This document shows, piece by piece, positions 1 through 7,887 of a stretch of 34,219 nucleotides of DNA (position 1 is the stretch's first letter; the number at the start of each line of letters is the position of its first letter). The stretch comes from Bdellovibrionota bacterium (GTDB lineage: Bacteria; Bdellovibrionota_C; UBA2361; JBGSMV01), in assembly GCA_044356455.1 (NCBI GenBank), contig JBIKWF010000041.1:1-34219 (forward strand), in the 5' to 3' direction. Made by a program: the position numbers and the translations under genes. A model generated the notes under the pieces. It worked only from the letters and a program-made list of their open reading frames with translations, was not told the DNA's origin and searched no databases.

Positions 1-828
1 TCAGCGCGTCACTGCACAAGCAATCGGGAGCAAGAGCATAAATCACGCATCGCCTCCTCCCACGCAGAAAAGGCACTTTCCAGGGGTCACTCTCGCCAAG
101 CTGCTCATCATCGGCGGCTGAGTAAAATTGCCCATCGTCGTAAGAGCCTCCACCGCGAAGGAAGTTCGGCAGAGATGCACGGATCAAACCACGCCCTCAC
201 TCATGCGGCCCAGCCGCTTGAAACGCAGCATCACCAACATGCCTGCGTCTGGCAGCCTAACAATCGGCCACACGCCCACCCCCAAATTTTCTACCGCGGA
301 ATTGGTTACTGCTCCCTCTCTGAAGCGGCGCTCTCAATGTTACTTGAATACTTTATTCCAGGATTTGATGTTGTTCTTGGGAAGACCTTTCAAGTTCCTA
401 TTGGAGAAGGTCGCTCGGTAGATTTCTGTATCAATGGCGTGATGATTGAATATCACCAGATCCGCTTTTTTCCTTCGCGTGGCAAATGCGGCGATTTCAA
501 ATCAGAGGAAGAATTCAGAGAGTACCGCCGACTTCAGCAAAGGGTTCGTGGGAATCCCTCAAAAAAAGCGCTTCTTGAACGCATTATGCATCAACGCTTA
601 AGCGCGAACTACTTCGAAAGACGCAGAGCCCTTCTCGACCGCAGCGCTTACTTCTCCGGGGCTGAGCTCCTTGTCGCGACCTCCCGCGAGGAATTCTTTG
701 ACTTGGTAATTCGCCGTTTTGCCCTGGTAGAACTACCCACACGCGCCCAGTTCACGGCAATGTTCTGGCAGATGGTGAAGGTCATCGCCGCCTCAAATGA
801 AGGCTCAAAAAAGCGCAAAAGCGCCTAA
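1..828 (+). CDS. Hypothetical protein with a His/Arg-rich N-terminus and a PD-(D/E)xK/Vsr-like (DUF559-like) endonuclease-like domain; probably 5'-truncated by the window edge
   Basis: Frame 1 has no stop from position 1 to the ATG at 175 (SARHCTSNREQEHK...HHRRLSKIAHRRK...), so the ORF is open to the window start. The downstream pattern SLSEAALSMLL...FQ...VDF(x7)EYH resembles the restriction-endonuclease-like fold. Confidence 0.55.
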   Translation, partial: SARHCTSNREQEHKSRIASSHAEKALSRGHSRQAAHHRRLSKIAHRRKSLHREGSSAEMHGSNHALTHAAQPLETQHHQHACVWQPNNRPHAHPQIFYRGIGYCSLSEAALSMLLEYFIPGFDVVLGKTFQVPIGEGRSVDFCINGVMIEYHQIRFFPSRGKCGDFKSEEEFREYRRLQQRVRGNPSKKALLERIMHQRLSANYFERRRALLDRSAYFSGAELLVATSREEFFDLVIRRFALVELPTRAQFTAMFWQMVKVIAASNEGSKKRKSA

Positions 829-884
829 TCTTCTTGCAAGCTCCAGGAGTAGATGCCCCCTCTCAAGTGTGATATATACTATCG

Positions 885-3800
885 ATGTCCTTCATCCATC
901 CCTCAGAACGCTCGCGTATCCTCGAATACCTAAGAAGCCTCGCCTCGACCAGCGCAGTAGAACAAGGGCTTGAACTTGCGACCTCGGGCGCCGTCGTTGA
1001 ATGCAGCCGCGCTTCTCATACAATTCAGGGCGCCGTCAAACAGGATACTTCAGACGAGGCAATTTCTCTTTCTCTTCGCGTAATATCTGCCCGCAGAATC
1101 GAAGCTCGCTGCAGCTGCGAACTCGCCCAGACTCAGGCTTCAACGCAAGCGAGTCAATCTTCGGAAAGTCCTCTTACTGACGGAGAGTGGTGCCCGCATG
1201 CGGTTGCGCTCCTTTGGCGCGCGCACGAACTAGGTTTTCTCTCAGAAGATGGTGGCTTCGCACGACCAGAGGCTACGCTTGGGATTTCAGGCACTCGCCA
1301 TGGCCATCTCTCAGGAACTGACTATGCGACGGCCATTCGCGATCTTTCCGTGAGAGACTTGGCGCGAAATCCCGATTCAAGCTTCTTCCCTCAGGTGGGA
1401 ATAACTCTTGATGTGGTAACCGACAGACTTGGGGTTCAGATTACCTTTGACGGAGAGATCCAAGAACCTGCGGTGTTTGAAAGCTTTCGGAGGCACTCTG
1501 CGCGCACCTTGGACAATCTCTTAGTGCGAATCGTTGATGAGGAAGGCGTCTGGGATGAAGAGCAGCGCCGCTGGTACGTGAATTCCTCTGACGGTATCGG
1601 GCTTGTTCTTGGGCTCCTTAATGAATACGCCTCGGTATCACTGGCGGGGAACTCCGCGGGTAGAGTGGCGGGGCGGGGAAAAGAAACAGTCAGGTTTTCC
1701 CCTGATTTGCTCAACGCACGCCTTTCTCTGCGCTGGTCCCAGTCAGGTGCAGACCTTGGTATGGAGTGGGTGCTGCCCGACGGGTCCCTTCCTGCCCGGG
1801 AGCACGATCTTATTGGAAATGGGCCACACTGGACTCTCGTGCAGGATACCATTTATCGGCTCTCGAGCGAGGGCTCTAAGATTGCGGCGCTCTTCCCCCA
1901 CGGCCCCGCACATACCTTGAGTCAAAGCCAAGTGGGCCCCTTGCTTGAGGTTATTCAAGCAGGTCTGCACCGCGGCGCCTTTGTCACCATTCTCAATCCT
2001 GAAAATCAGCCTGCCTGTGAACAACGTCGTCCCGAAGTAGTGCTCAAGCTTGAGCGCCGAGATGACCTGCTTTCTTCAACTCCAACGTCAGACGAGCTCG
2101 AGGTCGGCGCTGCGCTTGAATTTGTGTACCCGCAGCCAGAGCCGGGTGAGCGCGTCGTGTTTCTCCCCGATCGCGCTTTTGAGAAAGAGTGTCACGATCT
2201 TTTGGTAGGACGGTCTTTTGAGTTTAATCGTGAACGCAAGCGCTACGCCCTTCGCGGAAGCAAGGCGCTAGACGCTATCTTCGATGCAACTTCACTTTTC
2301 CCCGAGAGTTGGCAAGTCGTAGGCATGGAGCAGCTTCGCCGCGGAGTTCGTTTTGTTGACTCTACTATCAACGTTTCTCTTGCGGGGAACGGTACTGATT
2401 TTGTTGCAAAAGGCAGCGAGCGTGGTGGTAAGGCGCGCGGGAAGGCCAAGGAGCCTATTTTCGAACCACCATCAAAGAGCGGTATCGACTGGTTTGATTG
2501 CCATATTTCTTTAGTGCTCAACAACTCCAATGTGCCAATTAGCACCCTCTTTAAATCTCACGCCTCGGATGATGACCGCTGGATCAAGCTTGATAGCGGA
2601 GCGTACACGAGCGTCCCTGGCGGAAGCATCCGGCAGCTCAAGGGAATGCTGGGGATGCTTGACCCCAATTTTAAGCTCAGCAATTCCATTAAAACAAAGC
2701 TCTCAACGCCACTCGCTATCGGTATGAGCCGGATGCAAGGGAGCCAATTTGCAATTGCGCTTGATCCCACGCTCCAAGCCCTTGCTTCGCGACTCGATGA
2801 CTTCTCGGGAATTACGCCCCTTAAAGTCAGTAAGTCATTCACTGGTAAATTGCGCCCTTACCAGCAAGACGGTGTGAACTGGCTGAACTTTCTTGATGAG
2901 TTTGAGTTCGGCGGAATCCTCGCTGACGAAATGGGACTCGGAAAAACAGTCCAAACTCTGGCCTTCTTGCAGACCGTGAAGGAGCAGGTCGGGAAGACTA
3001 AAGCCAAAACTTCGCGTAAGTTAAAACCCGCCTTAGTTATTGCCCCCACCTCTGTAATGATGAACTGGTGGTATGAAGCTCAGCGTTTTACCCCCAAGCT
3101 CAAAGTGGTAGTGCTGCATGGAGCAAAACGCAAGGCGCTCCTGCAGAATCTTAAAGAGTATGACCTGGTCATAACTTCCTACGCACTTCTTCGTGTCGAT
3201 CGCTTTGAGCTTGAGCGGCAAGAATTTAGCCATCTTATTCTTGACGAAGCCCAGCACATTAAGAACTACCAAGCGGCGACGACACAGGCAGCCAAGGGTA
3301 TTCGCGCCGACCGTAGAATTGCACTCACGGGTACGCCTACCGAAAACAGACCTTTGGAACTCTGGTCTCTCATGGACTTTTTGATGCCGGGCTACCTTGG
3401 CACCCATGATTTCTTCCGCTCTCACATAGAGCGCCCCATCATGGAGCATGGCGGCTCTATTGATGTCGCACGCCTCCTGAGAGGAAAAACTCGCCCCTTC
3501 ATATTCAGGCGTACTAAGGCCGAAGTGGAACGCGATCTGCCTCCGAAGACAGAGACCGTGCTGCACGTTGAAATGGCCCCCTCACAGAAAGAGCTTTACG
3601 CCCATATCCTAGAAGAAGTCCGCCCCCGCGTCTTCGACGCGGTGGAACAAAAGGGTATCGCGGGAGCAAGTGTTTCTATTCTTGCAGCCCTCCTTCGCCT
3701 CCGGCAGGTTTGCAACCATCCAAACTCGATTGAAGCCCTTAAGTCACTTTCAGGATATGAGTCTGGGAAGTTCAACCTGCTTAAGGATTTGCTCCAAGAG

Positions 3801-4298
3801 GCGCTTGAGGCTGGCCGCAAAATCCTACTCTTTGGACAGTTCCGTGAGATGCTTGCCATCATCCGCAGGCACCTTGAGGAAACTCAGGTCAAGTATGTGT
3901 ATCTCGATGGCGCTACACGCGATCGGCAAAAGGCGATCGACGAGTTTAATAACGACCCGTCAGTTCGACTCTTTCTCATCAGCCTTAAGGCGGGCGGACT
4001 AGGACTAAATCTTACCGCCGCCGATACGGTTATAATCTATGACCCATGGTGGAATCCTGCCGTTGAGAGCCAAGCCATTGATCGAGCGCACCGTATTGGA
4101 CAAGACAAGCCAGTGCATGTCTACCGATTGGTTACGGAAGATTCCGTCGAGCAGAAGATTATGGAGCTCAAACGCAAGAAGACGGCACTTATTGAAGCAC
4201 TGGTGAATGACACTGGGCTTTCTTCCTTGGCTCTTACGAAGGCTGACCTGGAATCGCTCTTTACCCCCATGAAGGTGGACGATTCGCCTGTGAGCTAG
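885..4298 (+). CDS. SWIM zinc-finger SNF2/SWI2-family helicase-like ATPase
   Basis: N-terminal CxC...CPH (SWIM); motif I GILADEMGLGKT; Ia APTSV; II LDEAQ; III LTGTP; V SLKAGGLGLNL; VI QAIDRAHRIGQ. Confidence 0.95.
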   Translation: MSFIHPSERSRILEYLRSLASTSAVEQGLELATSGAVVECSRASHTIQGAVKQDTSDEAISLSLRVISARRIEARCSCELAQTQASTQASQSSESPLTDGEWCPHAVALLWRAHELGFLSEDGGFARPEATLGISGTRHGHLSGTDYATAIRDLSVRDLARNPDSSFFPQVGITLDVVTDRLGVQITFDGEIQEPAVFESFRRHSARTLDNLLVRIVDEEGVWDEEQRRWYVNSSDGIGLVLGLLNEYASVSLAGNSAGRVAGRGKETVRFSPDLLNARLSLRWSQSGADLGMEWVLPDGSLPAREHDLIGNGPHWTLVQDTIYRLSSEGSKIAALFPHGPAHTLSQSQVGPLLEVIQAGLHRGAFVTILNPENQPACEQRRPEVVLKLERRDDLLSSTPTSDELEVGAALEFVYPQPEPGERVVFLPDRAFEKECHDLLVGRSFEFNRERKRYALRGSKALDAIFDATSLFPESWQVVGMEQLRRGVRFVDSTINVSLAGNGTDFVAKGSERGGKARGKAKEPIFEPPSKSGIDWFDCHISLVLNNSNVPISTLFKSHASDDDRWIKLDSGAYTSVPGGSIRQLKGMLGMLDPNFKLSNSIKTKLSTPLAIGMSRMQGSQFAIALDPTLQALASRLDDFSGITPLKVSKSFTGKLRPYQQDGVNWLNFLDEFEFGGILADEMGLGKTVQTLAFLQTVKEQVGKTKAKTSRKLKPALVIAPTSVMMNWWYEAQRFTPKLKVVVLHGAKRKALLQNLKEYDLVITSYALLRVDRFELERQEFSHLILDEAQHIKNYQAATTQAAKGIRADRRIALTGTPTENRPLELWSLMDFLMPGYLGTHDFFRSHIERPIMEHGGSIDVARLLRGKTRPFIFRRTKAEVERDLPPKTETVLHVEMAPSQKELYAHILEEVRPRVFDAVEQKGIAGASVSILAALLRLRQVCNHPNSIEALKSLSGYESGKFNLLKDLLQEALEAGRKILLFGQFREMLAIIRRHLEETQVKYVYLDGATRDRQKAIDEFNNDPSVRLFLISLKAGGLGLNLTAADTVIIYDPWWNPAVESQAIDRAHRIGQDKPVHVYRLVTEDSVEQKIMELKRKKTALIEALVNDTGLSSLALTKADLESLFTPMKVDDSPVS

Positions 4299-4428
4299 GG
4301 AGCCTCTGAATAACCTCGATATTTTATTTTTTTCTCTCTGTGAACTCTGTGTGCTCTGTGGTTTTTCAATAATTTAAATTAACCACAGAGGGCACAGAGA
4401 CCACAGAGTGGACTTTTTCAGAGGCTTC
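4299..4428. mobile_element. MITE-like element, copy A1 (IS5-type TIRs, CTAG target duplication, CTCTGTG x3 hairpin)
   Basis: CTAG at 4295-4298 and 4429-4432. Left end GGAGCCTCTGAATAA; right end TTTTTCAGAGGCTTC. Inner arms 4336-4363 and 4381-4408 are each three CTCTGTG/CACAGAG units with 2-nt spacers. Confidence 0.9.
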
Positions 4429-5460
4429 CTAGCAGATCCAAGGAAGCGTATGACCCCGGCGGAGCATCGACTCGGTAACAGCGATAAGGTCTCCCCTATC
4501 CTGTCCAAGTACGTAGCCAAGCCCATCCCAGAAGTGATCTTTGATATCACGTGGACGATTGGTTCGAATACACTCAGTAATAGTAAACGCGCTGAGCCAG
4601 TGGAACTGCTCATTATCAGCAATCTCACCCGATAGCATAGGAGAAGAGTACCGCACAGTGCCAAAGGCCGCGTCTCGCCCACAGCCTGCGGCGGAAAGAG
4701 TCATGGCACTAATTTGGAGAGGATCGGCTCCATACACGGACATTCCAACATCGCTAATCGTCTTTCCTGCAGCGAGTCCTTCGAGTGACCGGCGCGCTTG
4801 GTCGAGTTCCCCGGAGGCAATCAGAATCGCTAATCCAACGCGACCGGCAAAACCCGCGAGCATTCCTCTACCCGCACCGAATTCGCGTTTTCTCTCGCCG
4901 ACCAAAAACCCAATCTGAGCTCGCAGAAGCGCATCATCAAGAATCGGCCTCCAAATTCGCTCGAACTGACATGCTGCGAGACGGCGACAGACGGCGTGAA
5001 TCACAGCGACACTCGCGATAACATCCGGCGAGAGAATCTCGAGAGCACGATGGATACTGTTTACCTTCTTTCCCGCGCCAAGGAATGGGTCGCTCGCTGC
5101 TGCAAACACGAGTCGCCGCAACCCAATCAGTCCTCCATCTGTAAGCGGCTTAGCCTGGCCTTGGGCAGAAAAGACTGAATTACTTAGTCGCCAGATGAAC
5201 CAGGGGACAGGCTGGAAGTCTGCAACAATAGTTCTCGAAAGCTCCCAGCTCTTTAAAACTTTGTCATCAGAGGCCCTCTGAAATGCAACGACCTCTGACT
5301 GAGCCTCCGAAAGGGAACGGTCGAGGTCGACCTTGAATGCAGCAGAGCTCCCATCGCTCTCGGGCTCAACAAGAAGCCCAGCGGCATCTGCCTGGGCGCC
5401 TGCCTCGCCATCCTTAATCACTAGATCTGAAAGTAGATCCCCTGAGGGTCGCTCTTTCAT
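4429..5460 (-). CDS. HDOD-like (HD-related output) domain protein
   Basis: Segments IWRLSNSVF, VNSIHRALEILS and GMLAGFAGRVGLAIL resemble the HDOD pattern (LxxANS..., SIxxAxxxLG, AGLLxxIG); divergent. Confidence 0.55.
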   Translation of the reverse strand: MKERPSGDLLSDLVIKDGEAGAQADAAGLLVEPESDGSSAAFKVDLDRSLSEAQSEVVAFQRASDDKVLKSWELSRTIVADFQPVPWFIWRLSNSVFSAQGQAKPLTDGGLIGLRRLVFAAASDPFLGAGKKVNSIHRALEILSPDVIASVAVIHAVCRRLAACQFERIWRPILDDALLRAQIGFLVGERKREFGAGRGMLAGFAGRVGLAILIASGELDQARRSLEGLAAGKTISDVGMSVYGADPLQISAMTLSAAGCGRDAAFGTVRYSSPMLSGEIADNEQFHWLSAFTITECIRTNRPRDIKDHFWDGLGYVLGQDRGDLIAVTESMLRRGHTLPWIC

Positions 5461-5506
5461 GGGAGCCTTTCACCCAAAATTAAAATTGCAGCTCGCTACC
5501 ATTGTC

Positions 5507-5533
5507 CTATCGGCAGCTCTTATATCTTCTCTA
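5507..5533 (-). promoter_or_regulatory. Sigma28 (FliA)-like promoter upstream of the HDOD-like gene
   Basis: Minus strand TAGA-N15-GCCGATAG, against the consensus TAAA-N15-GCCGATAA; ends 46 bp upstream of the ATG at 5460. Confidence 0.55.
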
Positions 5534-5709
5534 GACATTAGAACTCTCAAACAGCGATTTAATTTCAACCTCTTAGGTCATCTATACGGGGCTTTGACGC
5601 TGAGAAACTTAAATCCTTTCATTCGCCAAGTGCGTCTTATAGAAAGAATAGGCACTTGGGACCTAACTCCTTGTGTTTGTTATGTATCTGAAGTAAGAGA
5701 CTTCTGTAT

Positions 5710-5865
5710 ATGAGTACTGCCGCTTTATGCAGTAATTGCGGTAGGTTGTGTGGAAGTACTTTGAAAGCGGCACTTGGTGCAATGTTAGTAGGGTTGTCGC
5801 CCCGAGATGTTCGATTTGCGTTTTGTGAATCGTGCGATACGCCGATTCATAAGATCAGCATTTGA
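5710..5865 (+). CDS. Putative 51-aa zinc-ribbon protein (CxxC-x28-CxxC), below the ORF-track size cut-off
   Basis: My translation: MSTAALCSNCGRLCGSTLKAALGAMLVGLSPRDVRFAFCESCDTPIHKISI*. It fills the gap before ihfA on the same strand. Confidence 0.5.
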   Translation: MSTAALCSNCGRLCGSTLKAALGAMLVGLSPRDVRFAFCESCDTPIHKISI

Positions 5866-5916
5866 AGAGGACGCCTAACTTTTCGAATTTTTAACCAACG
5901 AGTGGACTGAGATTTT

Positions 5917-6282
5917 ATGGGTAATTCACGGTACTGCCTTACCAAAGCTGATTTAGCAGACGCGATCTACGCTACCCTTCCTGTAGATAAGCAAAAGGCT
6001 GCTCAGATCGTTGAAGATTACATTGAGCTCATCAAGGATTCCCTTGCGAATGACGGCAAGGTCATGTTGTCGGGTTTCGGATCCTATGAGGTTAAGTTCA
6101 AACCTGCTCGCCGAGGAAGAAATCCTCAAACAGGGGAATCGATCATTCTTCGTCAGCGCAAAGTGGTAAAGTTTAAGCCAAGCCAGCTCCTAAGAAAGGC
6201 AATCAATGGCAACACTTCCATTGAGCCAGGCGACGCCGATTCATACGACGGTGACGAGGGAGAGGACGAAGACGAGGAGTAG
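5917..6282 (+). CDS. ihfA: Integration host factor alpha / HU-family DNA-binding protein with an acidic C-terminal tail
   Basis: LTKADLA...KVMLSGFGSYEV...RRGRNPQTGE...RKVVKFKPSQLLR, typical of IHF-alpha; tail DSYDGDEGEDEDEE. Confidence 0.85.
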   Translation: MGNSRYCLTKADLADAIYATLPVDKQKAAQIVEDYIELIKDSLANDGKVMLSGFGSYEVKFKPARRGRNPQTGESIILRQRKVVKFKPSQLLRKAINGNTSIEPGDADSYDGDEGEDEDEE

Positions 6283-6309
6283 AGCTACAGAGAGAGTCAG
6301 CCGGCTCTG

Positions 6310-6375
6310 AAATACGAAGGCCGCTAAGAGAATAGAGGAATTATTACCTTTATTCCCTTAGCGGCCTTCGTATTT
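6310..6375 (+). terminator. Long hairpin downstream of ihfA (likely terminator, possibly bidirectional)
   Basis: Perfect 19-bp inverted repeat AAATACGAAGGCCGCTAAG (6310-6328) / CTTAGCGGCCTTCGTATTT (6357-6375), extendable inward with mismatches. Confidence 0.7.
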
Positions 6376-6392
6376 TCAGCCCTACGGCCTAA

Positions 6393-6500
6393 GAAAGCTC
6401 AATCCTTACTACACCTCTGTGTACCTCTGCGTCCTCTGTGGTTAAATTCTATCAAGTAATTCACCACAGAGGACACGAAGGTGAGTCTTTCAGAGATTCC
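6393..6500. mobile_element. MITE-like element, copy B2 (left TIR eroded)
   Basis: Right end GAGTCTTTCAGAGATTCC matches copy B1. The left part GAAAGCTCAATCCTTACTACACCTCT aligns to B1 but lacks the first 9 TIR bases. Inner 12-bp stem GTCCTCTGTGGT (6431-6442) / ACCACAGAGGAC (6463-6474). Confidence 0.75.
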
Positions 6501-6518
6501 CTGCCCCTCCTTTGGATT

Positions 6519-6661
6519 GCATCCGCTGCTGGAAGGTCGATAAAAATCTCTCGCCGCATCCGAGATACCCTCTGTGAGTATTTTCAATGAATACACAGGG
6601 ACCACGGCGAGAGCAATCTCACCGCTGACCGCGAGGTTTCATGACCAAAAAGAGCGGATGC
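6519..6661. ncRNA. Unclassified structured RNA candidate between convergent genes
   Basis: Nested stems: GCATCCGCT (6519-6527) / AGCGGATGC (6653-6661); GGTC/GACC; CTCTCGCCG (6548-6556) / CGGCGAGAG (6605-6613); apical CTGTG..TATT / AATA..CACAG. Confidence 0.4.
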
Positions 6662-6675
6662 TACTCAGTGCATTC

Positions 6676-7020
6676 TTAAGATTGTGGAGCTGCCGCCCCA
6701 TCGATTTCATCAGCCCCGAAAAGGAGCCCAGGCATACGAACTTGAAGCCCCGACTGCTTAAGCCTGAGCCAAATATCGCGCGCAATTTCCTTATTCTCAT
6801 TATCGAGAAGAGAATAGATATCAGGAATGGTTAGGACAAAGTTCATAGCCGACATGGCATAAATGGGAGCCGCCACGCCCTCGGTTACTTTATCACGGAT
6901 GCTATTAAGGAAAGTCTTTAGCTCCGCCTTAGAGGAAATCCGTCCAAAAGCACTATCAGCAGCAGCACCATCTGCTGGTTTCTCGTTCGTTTTCGCCTTG
7001 GTTTCCTTCTTCTTGTTCAT
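6676..7020 (-). CDS. Hypothetical protein (114 aa)
   Basis: ATG-started ORF preceded by AGGA on the minus strand, protein-like composition, co-oriented with upstream genes; no recognisable motif. Confidence 0.75.
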   Translation of the reverse strand: MNKKKETKAKTNEKPADGAAADSAFGRISSKAELKTFLNSIRDKVTEGVAAPIYAMSAMNFVLTIPDIYSLLDNENKEIARDIWLRLKQSGLQVRMPGLLFGADEIDGAAAPQS

Positions 7021-7109
7021 GCTGATTCCTAAAAGCAGAATGTACTACTAGTACGATGTAGAATACTGCGCATTCGCTTCACCTAGCAACACCTGCCATT
7101 ACCCCCATT

Positions 7110-7859
7110 TTACCTATCTAGAGCTATAAGCTCCACCGCCTGATTAAAGCGCTCTGGCCTATCCAGGGGGTCGATAACTAAGGGGGCATTGGTCAAAACG
7201 GTCCTTGTTTGAAGCCTGCGGGGTTCAATACCACTTCGAACGAGTTCGTCCACAATTTCACGCGACCTACGATCAGCTAGCCGCTGGGCGAACTCAGAAT
7301 CAGGCGAGGACGATTTTACGTAGGAAGCCACCACCAGGCGGGACCAAGAGGCTCTATCCTTATTAAGCCTTGCGAGCTCACGCACAAGAGCCCGTGCGGT
7401 TGGCCTAAGAGAGGTCTCGTCTCCACGAAAAAACAAGTCTGCCGGATAGATATCCCGGGTTGGGTGAAGCTGAAGGCGGCGCTTAAATTGATCCTCTAGA
7501 ATCTCCTGAGCGAATACGCGCTCACGTTCAGCTCTCGCCTCAGCAGAAAGCCTAAGGAGCTGCTCGTCGAACGAATCTTGAATGGCGCCTTGGATACCAC
7601 CAGCAACAGCTCCAAGTCCTGCCCCCACGAGTGCGCCGGGCCCAGTTCCAGAACCAATTTGGAATCCAGTCACCGCACCTGCACCTGCCCCAGCCAAGGC
7701 TCCTTCGAGAGTACCCTCTGCCTGTCTATCGGGTCCTGGTTTTGGTCCTCCGCCATTCTGCACAATGCCACAACCAGCGCAAACAACTAGTAGGCCAAGG
7801 GCACCGAGCCAGCGTGAGACGGATGTTCTCGAAGTTTGAGTACCTTGATTTGCGCGCAT
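7110..7859 (-). CDS. Glycine-zipper / OmpA-C-like lipoprotein
   Basis: Lipobox-like VCAGC; glycine zipper GALAGAGAGAVTG...GALVGAGLGAVAG; OmpA-like C-terminus (LFFRGDETSL...QRLADRRSREIVDELVRSGIEPRRL...NQAVEL). Confidence 0.75.
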   Translation of the reverse strand: MRANQGTQTSRTSVSRWLGALGLLVVCAGCGIVQNGGGPKPGPDRQAEGTLEGALAGAGAGAVTGFQIGSGTGPGALVGAGLGAVAGGIQGAIQDSFDEQLLRLSAEARAERERVFAQEILEDQFKRRLQLHPTRDIYPADLFFRGDETSLRPTARALVRELARLNKDRASWSRLVVASYVKSSSPDSEFAQRLADRRSREIVDELVRSGIEPRRLQTRTVLTNAPLVIDPLDRPERFNQAVELIALDR

Positions 7860-7887
7860 GATGCCTTCCCTGCTTCTGGTAGCTTTC

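Noticed and set aside
885..4298. SNF2 gene as the core of a named anti-phage system (DISARM, Zorya or similar)
   Set aside because: No methylase, DrmB, MotA/B-like or other partner genes; the architecture matches the widespread SWIM-SNF2 type.
4336..4408. CTCTGTG repeats as a CRISPR array
   Set aside because: Units are 7-9 bp and arranged as inverted arms with no unique 30-40 bp spacers; no cas genes are present.
4374..4682. ORFs reading through MITE A1 (4374-4682, 4408-4635) and similar ones at 6399-6605, 18969-19250 and 29341-29571
   Set aside because: They are alternative-frame or antisense shadows, partly made of repeat sequence.
5333..5713. 126-aa + strand ORF
   Set aside because: Antisense to the HDOD-like gene start, runs through AT-rich promoter DNA, and has a TTG start with no motif.
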